Assembly (NCBI GenBank): GCA_965217775.1
Contig: CBDCJH010000002.1
Span: 576,001 to 640,000, forward strand
From: Acidobacteriota bacterium
GTDB taxonomy: Bacteria; Acidobacteriota; UBA6911; RPQK01; JAJDTT01
DNA length: 64,000 nucleotides
Direction of reading: 5' to 3'
Below, piece by piece: positions 52,492 through 62,862 of this stretch. The position numbers and the translations under genes were made by a program. The notes under the pieces were generated by a model. The model was not told the origin of the DNA and searched no databases. It saw nothing but the letters and a program-made list of their open reading frames with translations. Numbering within the stretch: position 1 is the stretch's first letter; each line of letters opens with the position of its first letter.

Positions 52492-55400
52492 TCAGTTGTC
52501 CCTCGGCGCGGCCAGCTCCTCGGGGATCAGGTATCCCGCCTGCATGAACGAAATGACGTCGGCCAGTTCCTGACGAGTCAGATTCTCCTCGAAACCTTCG
52601 GGCATGACCGACACCTCCGAAGCCCGGATCTCGGCGATTCGGCCCCGGAGAATGGTTTCCTCCTGATTCGGCCCGCTCCTCAGGGTGAGGGTGCCGGGAG
52701 TCTCGGCGGCGATGATCCCACCATAGACTCTGCCGTCACGGGTGGTGACGATGTAGTTCTGGTAGCGGGACAGGATGAGTCCGCTGGGATTCAGGATGTC
52801 GAAGAGGAGCTGTTCGCGCGTATGGCCCTGGACCGCTGTCCGCAGCCCGGGGCCGACGCCAACCCCCTGATCCGGCTCATGGCAGCGGGCGCATTCCTGG
52901 CGGAAGACCTCCCGGCCGTTGATCGGGTCGGCCTCCAGCTCCAGAATCGGCAGGTATTCTTCGACCAGTGCCTCCCGGTCCGTGGTATCCGCCTCCAAGA
53001 CCTGCGCGGCCTGTTGTCGGATCTGCTCCCGTGGGTAGTTTCTCAGGAACTGCTTCTGTTGATGGTCCAGCGCGGCCCGTTCGACGGCGCCGCTTTCGAC
53101 GGCGTTCAAGAGAGCCCGCACCCGCTCGGGGTGGTCGAGGAGGATCGCCAGAGCGGCCGCACGGACATCCGGGGACAACGTGCTCCACCCTTCGAGGACC
53201 AGGCGGCTGACACCCGGGTCTTCGAAATAGGAGAGGGTTTCCAGGGTGGCCCGCGTCAATTCCGGATCCGAGGCAGTCAGAAAACGCGACAAGATCGGTT
53301 CGACCTCCGGGTAAGGGGCGGAGGCGAGCATTCGGATGGAGCTGGATCTCCGGGTTGCCGAAAGAGTCTCGTCCAAGACGGCCTTCCTGGCGGCCGCCAC
53401 CAGCGAGGGAACTCGGAAGTGTTTGCCGACTCTGGCCGCGGCGCCGCGCACCTCCTGTGAACGGCTTGCCAACAGGTTTCGCAGTGACCCGGTCGCGCCT
53501 GCCGGCTTCAGGTGAAGCACCTGTCCCAGCTCCAGACCCCGGGCCAGCCCCGTCAGCCCCGCCGTCTGCCAGCTTTTCTCTCGCAGCGGCCGGGACCGGG
53601 CCAAGACGCGAACCAGGCGTTGGACTTCCTGCCCCCGGTTGCGGGCACCTACGACGGCGGCCAGATCCTCCAGGAAGCCGGTTTTGTTCGGAGTCGGATC
53701 CTTGAAATAGCCGCGTTCCGCCACCATCGATTCCAGCAACTGCAGCGAGGAGCCCGCGTCGGAGCTGAGGATGGCGGCTCGTTGCCACGGGTCCTCTCCG
53801 TGACGGGCCAGCAAGTCCCGGAAGGCGTCAAGCACACGGGGACCGGAAAATTCGCCCAGGCTCAGGGAGAGTTGGAAGGCGACACGGGGGGAAGGATCCG
53901 CCGTCATCTTCACCAGCCGGGGCAGGAGACCGGGGAAGTTTTCGGCCAGGAGGACGGCCTGTTCCCGGACACCCGGATGTTCGTCTCCCAGGGCTGCTCC
54001 GACGATGGATTCCTCCAGGGCGGACAGGCCTTCCAGAGAGTAGAGGGCATGGAGGCGGGCTTGGGGATTCTCTCGGTAACCCGCCAATTCTCTCAACGCG
54101 GGAAGGGCGGACCGGTCCTGCCGCTGGAGAAGGAGCCGTTGGGCGGTGAGACGCCACCACTGGTTCGGCGAGGCGAGATGCCCGACCAGTTCCGGTGTGG
54201 CGGCTTTGTGGAGTTCGGGGCGAACGTACGGGCTGGCGGCGGAATCCCGAGGCACGATCCGGTAGATGCGGCCGTGATCGATCCCGGCATAGAAGTTGAG
54301 GCCCTCCTTGATGGGCTCGGGGATGGAGGCCGGAGTCTCCACATACTGGCGGCAGATGTCGATGACATAGAGGTTCCCGTCGGGACCTACGGTGAAGTTG
54401 GCGGGCCGAAACCAGCGTGAGGTGGAAGCTATGAACTCACGGCTCGCTTCCTCCTCAGCCCGGTTGGCGACGAAACTGACACCGCTGGGAGAGATGACAT
54501 CTCGGTGGACGATGTTGCCGGCCACGTCGCCGGAGAAGGCGTTGCCCCGGTAGCGCGGGTGAAACGTGTCTCCGTTGTAGATGGTGTTTCCCGTCGCTCC
54601 GGTGAAGAAGCCGGTGGAGGCCATTTCCCGTTCCCTCCCCAGCTCCCTGGAGCGCCGCTGCCGCATCCTCGTGCGGGCCTCGCGCCAAGCCTCGGGGGGA
54701 GTGAGCTGGAAGATGCGCTGATCGTGAACCGAGATGGATCGGGTGACGGGGGGAGCCGTCAGAAAGAGGTTGCGCTGGAGATAGCGCCGGGCCGCCACTA
54801 CGTGCTGAACGTGTCTTCCGGACTGGGAGAAGAAGCGACGTCCCCACTCGTCGAAGCTCAGTCCGAATCGGGTGGCTCCCGAGGCCGCCTCGAATAGATT
54901 CCGGTCGAGACGAAACCTGAGGTCGGCGTTCAAGACCGAAACCGGTTCGGCGTCGGGCCGGCGGGAGAAGGTGATCATTCCCGCCTGGCTGTCATTGCCT
55001 GCGTAGATCCAGTTGTCGATCCCGAAGCGCAGGTTGCTGAGCTGGCCCTCCGGATCCACCAGGATCGTGAACCCGGTGAACAGCGGAGTCGTCTCATCCG
55101 TCCTCAAGTCTCCGTCGGTGTCCCGCAGATAAAGGATGTGCGGCGCCGAGCTCACCAGCACGCCGTCCTTCCACGGCAGGACGCTCTTCACGTTGGGCAG
55201 TCCCTCGGCGAAGACGGTGGAGTGGTCCACTCGGCCGTCCCTGTCCCGGTCTTCCAGGACGCGGATCCGGCTCAGGGCCGGTTTCCCCTCAGGCGGCTGG
55301 TAGGGATAGTCCCGCATTTCGGCCACCCAGGCCCGTCCCTGTTCGTCGAACGCCAGCTCTACCGGATCGGTCACGTGGGGCTCGGCGGCAAAGATCTCCA

Positions 55401-55530
55401 CCCGGAACTCGTCGCTGATGCGAAAGGTCTCCAGCATTTCCTCCGGAGAGGGAGGAGTCGAAGCGGGGTCCGGCCCGCAGCCGGTAATCAACAAAAGCAG
55501 GCCAAAAAGCAGGAAGAGGGAGCGTTTCAT
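52492..55530 (-). CDS. PVC-type membrane-bound dehydrogenase lipoprotein with HEAT repeats and a c-type heme domain
   Basis: Lipobox LLITGC, FAAEP..DPV..AFDE.GR.WVAEM.DYP, GIDNWIY, FRP....GPDG.LYV.D, CARCH heme motif, VSVMPEGFE. Confidence 0.88.
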   Translation of the reverse strand: MKRSLFLLFGLLLLITGCGPDPASTPPSPEEMLETFRISDEFRVEIFAAEPHVTDPVELAFDEQGRAWVAEMRDYPYQPPEGKPALSRIRVLEDRDRDGRVDHSTVFAEGLPNVKSVLPWKDGVLVSSAPHILYLRDTDGDLRTDETTPLFTGFTILVDPEGQLSNLRFGIDNWIYAGNDSQAGMITFSRRPDAEPVSVLNADLRFRLDRNLFEAASGATRFGLSFDEWGRRFFSQSGRHVQHVVAARRYLQRNLFLTAPPVTRSISVHDQRIFQLTPPEAWREARTRMRQRRSRELGREREMASTGFFTGATGNTIYNGDTFHPRYRGNAFSGDVAGNIVHRDVISPSGVSFVANRAEEEASREFIASTSRWFRPANFTVGPDGNLYVIDICRQYVETPASIPEPIKEGLNFYAGIDHGRIYRIVPRDSAASPYVRPELHKAATPELVGHLASPNQWWRLTAQRLLLQRQDRSALPALRELAGYRENPQARLHALYSLEGLSALEESIVGAALGDEHPGVREQAVLLAENFPGLLPRLVKMTADPSPRVAFQLSLSLGEFSGPRVLDAFRDLLARHGEDPWQRAAILSSDAGSSLQLLESMVAERGYFKDPTPNKTGFLEDLAAVVGARNRGQEVQRLVRVLARSRPLREKSWQTAGLTGLARGLELGQVLHLKPAGATGSLRNLLASRSQEVRGAAARVGKHFRVPSLVAAARKAVLDETLSATRRSSSIRMLASAPYPEVEPILSRFLTASDPELTRATLETLSYFEDPGVSRLVLEGWSTLSPDVRAAALAILLDHPERVRALLNAVESGAVERAALDHQQKQFLRNYPREQIRQQAAQVLEADTTDREALVEEYLPILELEADPINGREVFRQECARCHEPDQGVGVGPGLRTAVQGHTREQLLFDILNPSGLILSRYQNYIVTTRDGRVYGGIIAAETPGTLTLRSGPNQEETILRGRIAEIRASEVSVMPEGFEENLTRQELADVISFMQAGYLIPEELAAPRDN

Positions 55531-55560
55531 GAGGAATTAGCTGAGTTTCGGAAGCCCGGT

Positions 55561-56922
55561 CTACCAGCGGACGCCATGACGGTCCTTGGGGTATCCGGGA
55601 TCCCATTGATGGAGCAGACCGTGCCGGGGCCGGGTGCGGGCCACGTTCTCGGCCAGCACGGCCTTCTTGTCCGGGTCGATCTCGACACCGAGGCCGGGTC
55701 CCGAAGGGAGCGCCATCTTGCCGTCCCGGAACCGGAGCATGTCGCCCCGGATAATGTCTTGAGTGGTCCACGGATAGTGCGAATCCACGTCGTGCGTGAT
55801 GTGGGAGATGGCGCACACCATGTGGACCTGGGTGGCCATGGAGATGCCGAGGTAATTGTTGCTGTGGCCGGAGCAACCCCATCCCAGAGCCTCGCACGTG
55901 GCCGCCCAATGCCGCACGTTGTTGAGCCCGCCCATATAGTGGGGGTCCAGCAACACGATGTCGATGGCCCCCCGGTCGTACCCGGGGCGGATGTGCTCCA
56001 TGCGGGTGACGCACATGTTGGTGGCCAGGGGAATGGATGTGCGCTTGCGCACCTCGGCCATGCCTTCCTGTCCCGGTGTGGGATCCTCCAGGTACTCCAT
56101 CCCCAGCGGCTCCAGCCGGTGGGCGACCTTCACCGAAGTTTCCACGCTCCACGAGGCATTCGGGTCGATGCGGAGTTTAGCCTGAGGCATGGCCTCGCGG
56201 ATGCGGGTCAAGGCTTCGATCTCCCGCTCCGGCTTCAGAACGCCCCCTTTGAACTTGCAGGTCGTGAATCCGTAGTCCCGGTGGAAGTCCAGGAATTCCC
56301 CGGCCATGGCCTCGGGAGTCGTGATGTCCGGTCCTCCCTCCACCGGGAGAACGAAAAAGTTGTAGGCCGAGAAGGGAGCCTCATTGCGGAAGGGGCCGCC
56401 GATCAGATCGACGACCGGCCGGTCGATCACCTTTCCGATCAGGTCCAGACACGCGATTTCCACCGCGGCCAGGGATTCGGCATTGTGCCTTGGGGCGAAT
56501 TCGGAGCGATGGGAGAGGTGTCGGCGGAAATATTCGATCTCGAGGGGGTCTCGTCCCAGTACGGTCTCACCCGCCGCTTGGAGGGCTTGGAGCGCCGCTC
56601 CCCCGACTTCGGCCACTCCCGTGTAGCCGTCGGTGGTCTCCAATTCCAGGATCGCGCGCTGGAAGTGGGTGTCGTGGACGTTCCAGGAATTCAGCAGAGC
56701 GTAGTCGGGCGACGCCACCAGCGTGGTTTCGAAGGAGCCGATCTTCATCCGGCTCCGGGGACCTTCGGAACGGGGCCGCCCGCTTCGCCTGACGCCGTAG
56801 GCCGCCGGCGAAAAGGCCAGGACCATGTCTTCAATCCCGGCGAGTCCCGTCACGCCCGCGGCGGCGGCCATCCAGCGCCGCCGGTTCCAGGAACTCTCTC
56901 GGTGGTCGGCAGTCGCCATCAT
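55561..56922 (-). CDS. Enolase-superfamily (glucarate dehydratase-like) enzyme with a putative Tat signal
   Basis: EIACLDLIGK..PV.DL.GG, CKFKGG, RIDPN, YLEDP, LATNMC, HSNN, DSHYPW, PGLGVEID; N-terminal NRRRWMAAAAG. Confidence 0.85.
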   Translation of the reverse strand: MMATADHRESSWNRRRWMAAAAGVTGLAGIEDMVLAFSPAAYGVRRSGRPRSEGPRSRMKIGSFETTLVASPDYALLNSWNVHDTHFQRAILELETTDGYTGVAEVGGAALQALQAAGETVLGRDPLEIEYFRRHLSHRSEFAPRHNAESLAAVEIACLDLIGKVIDRPVVDLIGGPFRNEAPFSAYNFFVLPVEGGPDITTPEAMAGEFLDFHRDYGFTTCKFKGGVLKPEREIEALTRIREAMPQAKLRIDPNASWSVETSVKVAHRLEPLGMEYLEDPTPGQEGMAEVRKRTSIPLATNMCVTRMEHIRPGYDRGAIDIVLLDPHYMGGLNNVRHWAATCEALGWGCSGHSNNYLGISMATQVHMVCAISHITHDVDSHYPWTTQDIIRGDMLRFRDGKMALPSGPGLGVEIDPDKKAVLAENVARTRPRHGLLHQWDPGYPKDRHGVRW

Positions 56923-56970
56923 ATCGCTGCCATGGTAATGATGCGCCTGGAGATCCACAAGCTAGGGAAA

Positions 56971-57444
56971 CTACTCTTCGTGGATCACCATCTGCCGGTC
57001 GGCCGAGCTGTAGACGATCACCGCCAGCATGGGCTCGTCCCCTACCGTGACCGCCCGGTGAGGAACACCCGTGGGAATCCTCACCAGGTCTCCCGGCTTC
57101 ATGAGATGGGTCTTTTCTCCCACCGTCTTCCGGCACGACCCCGAGACCACATACAACAGCTCCTCACAGTTGGGATGCGAGTGGAGAGGGTTCTGCTGGC
57201 CCGGATTCAGCTCGACGATTCCAAAGGTCTGCTCGGCATTGGGGTCGATCTGGGAGTTCATCATCCAGCGGATCCATCCCCACGAGAACTCCAGCTTGGA
57301 GATCGCTTCGAGACTCTGCACACCGGAAGGGCTCATCACTCCCTCCTCGACTTGCTGTTGGGAAACGCTTTCAGGGGTTGCCGGATCGACGGCAGGAGCG
57401 CAACCGAAGGCGGCCAATGCCAGCAGTAGACTTGTTCTTCGCAT
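56971..57444 (-). CDS. Cupin-domain lipoprotein
   Basis: Lipobox AAFGC; PGQQNPLHSHPNCEELLYVVSG and PGDLVRIPTGVPH cupin motifs; AAGGAG SD. Confidence 0.85.
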   Translation of the reverse strand: MRRTSLLLALAAFGCAPAVDPATPESVSQQQVEEGVMSPSGVQSLEAISKLEFSWGWIRWMMNSQIDPNAEQTFGIVELNPGQQNPLHSHPNCEELLYVVSGSCRKTVGEKTHLMKPGDLVRIPTGVPHRAVTVGDEPMLAVIVYSSADRQMVIHEE

Positions 57445-57525
57445 GGGTTCCTCCTTGGTAGTAGACTGGGCCGCGTAGATTATATTGTCTCTCTCGGGAT
57501 ATTCTCGAAGTCAGGAGCCGGGATC

Positions 57526-58119
57526 ATGAAGCGCCGCGATTTCTTTGGACGATCTCTCGGGGCGTCGCTGACGGCGGCCCTGGCCGGAGCGGAGCCGGTT
57601 CGGGCCCGGGAGTTTCCTCCCGGCCACGACGCCTCGGCCGAGTTGGCCTCTCCCGACTGGACACCTGTCTTCCTGGACGCCCACCAGAACGGCACCCTGA
57701 TCCGACTGAGCGACCTCATCATCCCCGAGACCGACACCCCCGGGGCCAAGGCCGCACTGGTCAACCGCTTCATCGACCGGCTTCTGGCCAGTGAGACTCG
57801 CGAAGCGCAGAGCCGGTTCCTGGACAGCCTGGCCTGGTTCGACGGGGAATGCCTGGGACGCTACGGCGCGGCCTTCATCCACCTTCCCTCCGAGAGCCAA
57901 TTGGAGTTTCTCAATTTCGTCGCCTATCCCCACAAGCTCGTGAATTGGCGCGGCAACCGGTCCGAGTTCTCAGGCCACTCCCACTTCTTGCAACTGAAAG
58001 ATTGGATCAGTCGAGCCTATTATAGTTCGGAGGCGGGCCTGAAAGAACTGGGATGGAGCGAGGACGCCATGTCCGGTTCCTTTCCGGGATGCCCGCATCC
58101 CGAGGGTTTCCACAAGTGA
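57526..58119 (+). CDS. Gluconate 2-dehydrogenase subunit 3 family protein (Tat)
   Basis: MKRRDFF Tat motif, DLIIPETDTPGAKAA.V..FID, AYYSSE.G. Confidence 0.88.
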   Translation: MKRRDFFGRSLGASLTAALAGAEPVRAREFPPGHDASAELASPDWTPVFLDAHQNGTLIRLSDLIIPETDTPGAKAALVNRFIDRLLASETREAQSRFLDSLAWFDGECLGRYGAAFIHLPSESQLEFLNFVAYPHKLVNWRGNRSEFSGHSHFLQLKDWISRAYYSSEAGLKELGWSEDAMSGSFPGCPHPEGFHK

Positions 58120-59810
58120 GTTCCGCCCTGGTCCAAGCTCCCCACAGCGTGCTCTATGACGTGGCGGTGGTCGGGTCCGGCGCCACCGGAGGCTGGGCGG
58201 CCAAGGTCCTCTCGGAGGCTGGCCTGAAGGTGGTCCTGCTGGAGGCCGGCCGCAAGGTTTCTCCCCGGGAATTCACCGAACACATGCCCGCCTACAAGCT
58301 GGAATACCGGACCCACTCGCCGGAACTGGTTCGGACGCGTCCCATCCAGAAAGCCTGCTACGCCTGCACCGAGTACAACTACGACTGGTTCGTCAACGAT
58401 CTGGAGAATCCGTACACCACTCCGAAGGACAAGCCCTTCAGTTGGCAGCGGCTTCGTATCGTCGGAGGCAGGAGCATGGTCTGGGGGCGCCAGAGCTATC
58501 GTCTCAGCGATCTGGACCTGAAGGCGGCCAGCCACGACGGTTACGGCGACGACTGGCCCGTTTCGTATCGGGATCTGGTGCCCTACTACGACCGGGTCGA
58601 GAAGTACGTCGGCATCAGCGGACAGGCGGAGGGAAAGCCGCAGCTGCCCGACGGGCAGTTTCTGCCCCCCATGTCCATGACCTGCGGAGAACGCCTGCTC
58701 CGGAGCCGGGCGCGGGAAAAATTCGGCCGCACCCTGACCATCGGACGTACCGCCGTCCTGACCCGGCCGCTCAACGGGCGCGCGGCCTGCCACTATTGCG
58801 GTCCCTGCGAACGGGGCTGCGTGACCGCTTCCTATTTCAACAGTCCGGCCACCACCGTGGCCGACGCCTTGAGGAGCGGCAACTGCACGCTCCTCACCGA
58901 CGCCATCGTCAACCAGGTGGATATGGACCCGTCCCGCAACCGGGCCCGGGGAGTCACCTACGTCCACCGTCACCGGCGCCGGACCTACCAGGTTCGCAGC
59001 CGGGCGGTGATTCTATGTGCCCAGGCCTTGGAATCGACCCGGATCCTCTTCAACTCGGCGACTCGGGACCACCCCGACGGTCTCGGCAATTCCAGCGGAC
59101 TCCTGGGGAAGTACCTCATGGACCATGTGGTGGGCGCCGGCGCGGCGGGTGAGCTGCCTCAGTTCCCGGTCCGGAAGCGGGCGTCGGACCCGCGGCGCCC
59201 CAACGGGATCTATATGATCCGGTTCCGCAATCTGGCGGGCGGGAAGAGGCACCCCCGGTTCATCCGAGGCTACGGCTTCCAGGGGGGCAGCTCACCCAGC
59301 TTCCGGTTCGATGCGGAAGGCTTCGGGGCGTCCTACAAGGCGGCGGTCAAGGAGGGCTTCTACATGATCCGGCTGAGTGGGTTCGGAGAATCCCTGGCCC
59401 GGCTGGACAACTACTGCGAGATCGACCCGCAGAAGAAGGACGCCTGGGGGATCCCGGCCCTCAAGATTCAGATGACCCACGGTCCCAACGAGGCGGCAAT
59501 GATGGAGGACGCGGCCGCAACGGCCGCCGAATTGCTGGAGTCGACCGGGGCTCGCAACATCAAGGTCAATGCCCGGACGGCGACTCCGGGCATGGCAATT
59601 CACGAAGTGGGGACGGCCCGGATGGGGCACGAACCGGCCAAGTCGGTGCTGAATCCCTACAATCAGTGCCACGATGTCGACAACCTGCTGGTCACCGATG
59701 GATCCTGTTTCGTGAGCGCCGGTTGCCAGAATCCCACCCTGACCATGATGGCCCTCACGGTCCGGGCCTGCGATCATCTGTTGGAACGGTTCCGCAGAGA
59801 CGAAGTCTGA
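58116..59810 (+). CDS. GMC-family FAD oxidoreductase
   Basis: VVGSGATGG, VGGRS.VWGR, DWPVSY.DL.PYY, CHYCGPCERGC, LGKYLMDH, HEVGTARMG, QNPTLTMMAL; GTGA overlap. Confidence 0.92.
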   Translation: MSSALVQAPHSVLYDVAVVGSGATGGWAAKVLSEAGLKVVLLEAGRKVSPREFTEHMPAYKLEYRTHSPELVRTRPIQKACYACTEYNYDWFVNDLENPYTTPKDKPFSWQRLRIVGGRSMVWGRQSYRLSDLDLKAASHDGYGDDWPVSYRDLVPYYDRVEKYVGISGQAEGKPQLPDGQFLPPMSMTCGERLLRSRAREKFGRTLTIGRTAVLTRPLNGRAACHYCGPCERGCVTASYFNSPATTVADALRSGNCTLLTDAIVNQVDMDPSRNRARGVTYVHRHRRRTYQVRSRAVILCAQALESTRILFNSATRDHPDGLGNSSGLLGKYLMDHVVGAGAAGELPQFPVRKRASDPRRPNGIYMIRFRNLAGGKRHPRFIRGYGFQGGSSPSFRFDAEGFGASYKAAVKEGFYMIRLSGFGESLARLDNYCEIDPQKKDAWGIPALKIQMTHGPNEAAMMEDAAATAAELLESTGARNIKVNARTATPGMAIHEVGTARMGHEPAKSVLNPYNQCHDVDNLLVTDGSCFVSAGCQNPTLTMMALTVRACDHLLERFRRDEV

Positions 59811-59842
59811 AACCCGGCCTACGTTAGTTTCCCGCTTTCGGA

Positions 59843-60934
59843 TCAGGAGGTCAGTGAGACGCGGATGGCCTTGCCTTCGTCGGCCAGGGCGAAGGCCTCG
59901 TTGAGTTCCGTCAGGGGGAAAGTGTGGGAGATGATCTGCTCGAAGGGGTAGGCGTGCCCCCGGCGGGCCAGAAAGTCCAGGGCGCGGGGCAGTGCCCAGG
60001 GGGCATACGCGATGATCCCGCGGAGCGTGTGTCCGGACCGGACATTTAGGGCCGGGTCCAGGGCGGCGGTCCTCCCCGGAGCGATATTGCCCACCCAAAG
60101 ATATCGTCCGAACTGGCGGAGCAGGTGCACGCCCTCCTCCACCGGTAGCGGTGAGCCGACGAATTCGGCGACCACGTCGGCGCCGTCGCCGCGAGTCAGG
60201 TCCATGATCATCTCTCGACGGGTCTTCCGGTTCACGGTATCGATGTTGACCGTGAGGTCGGCGCCGAAGGAGCGGGCCAGCTCCAGCCGGCTCTCCAGCC
60301 GGTCGAAGACGATGACCTGACCGGCGCCCATCTCCTTGGCGAGGGCGCAGGCGTACAGTCCCAGACCCCCTGCGCCTTGGACCACGATCGTGTCGCCCAG
60401 GCGGATCCCGATCTGGTCCAGACCGTAGAGCACCTGGCAGAGGGCGCAATTGACCGGCGAGACCTCGGAGTCGCTCAATCCGGGAGGGATCTTGCACACC
60501 GTCTGTCCCCGGCGCAGGTAGTAATATTCGCCGTAGGCCCCTCTGAAGTGAGGCGATTTCCCGGCATCCTGGAACCAGTGGAAGGACCGGTTGGGGCAGG
60601 CGGGCGATCCGTCCATGCAGGCCGCGCAACTGCCGCATGGGAGGAAGTAGGTGTAGGCGATGCGATCGCCTTCCTCGAGCGGTTGCCCCAGCACGTCGGT
60701 CTTCACCCGGCGACCGAGGCGAAAGACTTCTCCCACCATCTCATGCCCCGGGACGAAGCCCTCCCCCTGGGTGATCTCGGGACCATGACCGTGCCAGATG
60801 TGCAGATCCGAACCGCAGATGTTGGAGCGGCGGACGCGGACCAGAATGTCGTCGGGACCCACGTCGGGAAGAGGGAATTCCCGGAATACCATCTCCTTCC
60901 GGGGGCCCAGCGAGACGGCGACGACTCCTTGCAT
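59843..60934 (-). CDS. Zinc-binding alcohol dehydrogenase family protein
   Basis: NICGSDLH, GHEMVG, CGSCAAC...C, QGAGGLG; GGAGGA SD before ATG 60934. Confidence 0.9.
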   Translation of the reverse strand: MQGVVAVSLGPRKEMVFREFPLPDVGPDDILVRVRRSNICGSDLHIWHGHGPEITQGEGFVPGHEMVGEVFRLGRRVKTDVLGQPLEEGDRIAYTYFLPCGSCAACMDGSPACPNRSFHWFQDAGKSPHFRGAYGEYYYLRRGQTVCKIPPGLSDSEVSPVNCALCQVLYGLDQIGIRLGDTIVVQGAGGLGLYACALAKEMGAGQVIVFDRLESRLELARSFGADLTVNIDTVNRKTRREMIMDLTRGDGADVVAEFVGSPLPVEEGVHLLRQFGRYLWVGNIAPGRTAALDPALNVRSGHTLRGIIAYAPWALPRALDFLARRGHAYPFEQIISHTFPLTELNEAFALADEGKAIRVSLTS

Positions 60935-60956
60935 CGTTTGTCCTCCGGGCGCCCTG

Positions 60957-61910
60957 CTACGGGATGGCGAAGGCCCGGGGGGCGATTTGACGATCATGCG
61001 ACATGCGTTCGAGCTTCATCTCCCAGTGGCCCACGAATCCGGTGTTGGCGTCGACGTTGAGAGTGATCTGGTAGAGATGCGGCAAGGTCAGTCCGTCGAC
61101 CTCCTTGAAATCCGAGAACCTTTCCGTCAGTTCGACGGTGCTTCGGTTTGTGGGGTCGTCCCCCGCTCCCGGGCCTCCGATCTGCCCCAACAGACTGCCT
61201 CGATCATTGGATACGGTGCGGTTTCCGGGAGTGATTCCCCCGCCGGCGCCCACCGGGGCTCCTCCTCCGCTTGAAATGTTGGTCAGGCCTCGGCTGGCAC
61301 TGCGGGGCACGACGATCCGATATTTGCTGGCCACGTGGCGGTAGGTCTCAGGCTCGAAATAGAGCCGGACCCGGTAGGAGACCTTCTTCTTGGGCTTGTA
61401 ATCGACTTCGTGAAGCCTTCGGCCCTCGAATTTCTTGAGTCCCCGGTAGCGGATCTTGGCTCGCTTTTTCCTGAGGTTGAGCAGTGCCCAGTCGGTGGAG
61501 AGGACGCCCGCGTAGAGTCCTTCCTGGGCCAGCCGGGGAAAGTTTTCCCAGATGGTCGTCCCGAGTTGGGAGCGGACTCCTGGAGTGATGTAGGCGATAT
61601 CGAGTCGGTCGCCGTTTCGGATGAGGGTTTCCCGGGGGTACTGGACGTGACCGAAGGTGAGCGTGGTCCGAAGCTTGTCCCCCTCCGCCAAGAGCATGGC
61701 CCGGCCGTTCAGATTGCCCTGGCCGCCCACCCGGATGTCCATGGAACCCGATCCCTGGGCGACCCGATTCTTCCGAACCAAGTTCTCGCCGATGGCTTTC
61801 AGATGGAGGGCGATCAGCTCCTCTTTCTTCAATTTCTTGGCCGTTGCATCCGCTGCCGAGATCGGCAACAACAGGGCGGAGAGAGCGATCCGGAATCCCC
61901 ACTTAGGCAT
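60957..61910 (-). CDS. Secreted protein, tandem paralog 3 (possibly LolA-like fold)
   Basis: Signal peptide; LHLKAIG, RLYFEPETYRHV, FSDFKEVDGLTLP. Confidence 0.75.
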   Translation of the reverse strand: MPKWGFRIALSALLLPISAADATAKKLKKEELIALHLKAIGENLVRKNRVAQGSGSMDIRVGGQGNLNGRAMLLAEGDKLRTTLTFGHVQYPRETLIRNGDRLDIAYITPGVRSQLGTTIWENFPRLAQEGLYAGVLSTDWALLNLRKKRAKIRYRGLKKFEGRRLHEVDYKPKKKVSYRVRLYFEPETYRHVASKYRIVVPRSASRGLTNISSGGGAPVGAGGGITPGNRTVSNDRGSLLGQIGGPGAGDDPTNRSTVELTERFSDFKEVDGLTLPHLYQITLNVDANTGFVGHWEMKLERMSHDRQIAPRAFAIP

Positions 61911-61992
61911 GATTCACCTCGTCGTCATTCGGCCCTAACCCAGTCCGGAACTTTACGCAGCGCCACTATTTCCCCGGCTCGATTCCTGATGC

Positions 61993-62862
61993 TTATTTGA
62001 TCGCGAAGGCTCGGGCGGCGATCCTCTGATCGTGCATCATGCGGTCGATCTTGATGTCCCAATGTCCCACGAAACCACCGATCGCAGAGGTGTTGAGTGC
62101 AATCCTGTAGTGATGCGGCAGGTTCAGTCCATCGACTTCCTTGAAGTCCGAAAAGGTCTCCGTCAAGGTGATTCGAATCTTGTCTGCGGGCCCGGAACCG
62201 GCTCCAAACGCTCCTCCACGAATGTCTACGAGTCCCCGCCCCATGCCGGCCGGCAAAGTCAACCGGTACCTGCTCGCCACATGACGATAGGTTTCAGGTT
62301 CGAAGTAGATCCGAATCCTGTAGTTGACTCCCTTCTTCGGCCGGTACTCCAATCTGTGAAGCCTCCGGCCCTCGAACTTCTTGAGTCCCTGGTAACGGAC
62401 CTTGGCCCGTCTCTTTCGCAGGTCCAATAACGTCCAGTCAGTGGAGAGGACGCCTCCGTAGAGCCCCTCTTGGGCCAAGCGGGGGAAGAAGTCCCACAGC
62501 GTACCCCCCAGCCGGGAGCGGGCGCCCGGACTGACGTAGGCAATATCCAGCTTCTCCCCGTTGCGGATGAGGGTCTCCCGAGTGTATTGCGGGTGGCCGA
62601 AATTGATTTCGGTCCGGAGTTTTTTCCCCTCTGCCAAGAGCATGGCCGGGCCGACCATCTTGGCTTTGTTTCCCACCCGGATGTCCACGGTGCCCAAACC
62701 CTGAGCGACCCGATTCTTCCGGACCAGGTTTTCGCCGATGGCCTGCAGATGGAGAGCGACCAGTGTATCGGCCTTCATCTTCTTGGCCGACCCGTCCACC
62801 GTCGCGCAGAGCAACACCACCGCAGCCAGTGCGGCCCAACTGACCCTCTCTTTAATACTCAT
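61993..62862 (-). CDS. Secreted protein, tandem paralog 2 (possibly LolA-like fold)
   Basis: Signal peptide; same conserved blocks as its neighbours. Confidence 0.75.
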   Translation of the reverse strand: MSIKERVSWAALAAVVLLCATVDGSAKKMKADTLVALHLQAIGENLVRKNRVAQGLGTVDIRVGNKAKMVGPAMLLAEGKKLRTEINFGHPQYTRETLIRNGEKLDIAYVSPGARSRLGGTLWDFFPRLAQEGLYGGVLSTDWTLLDLRKRRAKVRYQGLKKFEGRRLHRLEYRPKKGVNYRIRIYFEPETYRHVASRYRLTLPAGMGRGLVDIRGGAFGAGSGPADKIRITLTETFSDFKEVDGLNLPHHYRIALNTSAIGGFVGHWDIKIDRMMHDQRIAARAFAIK

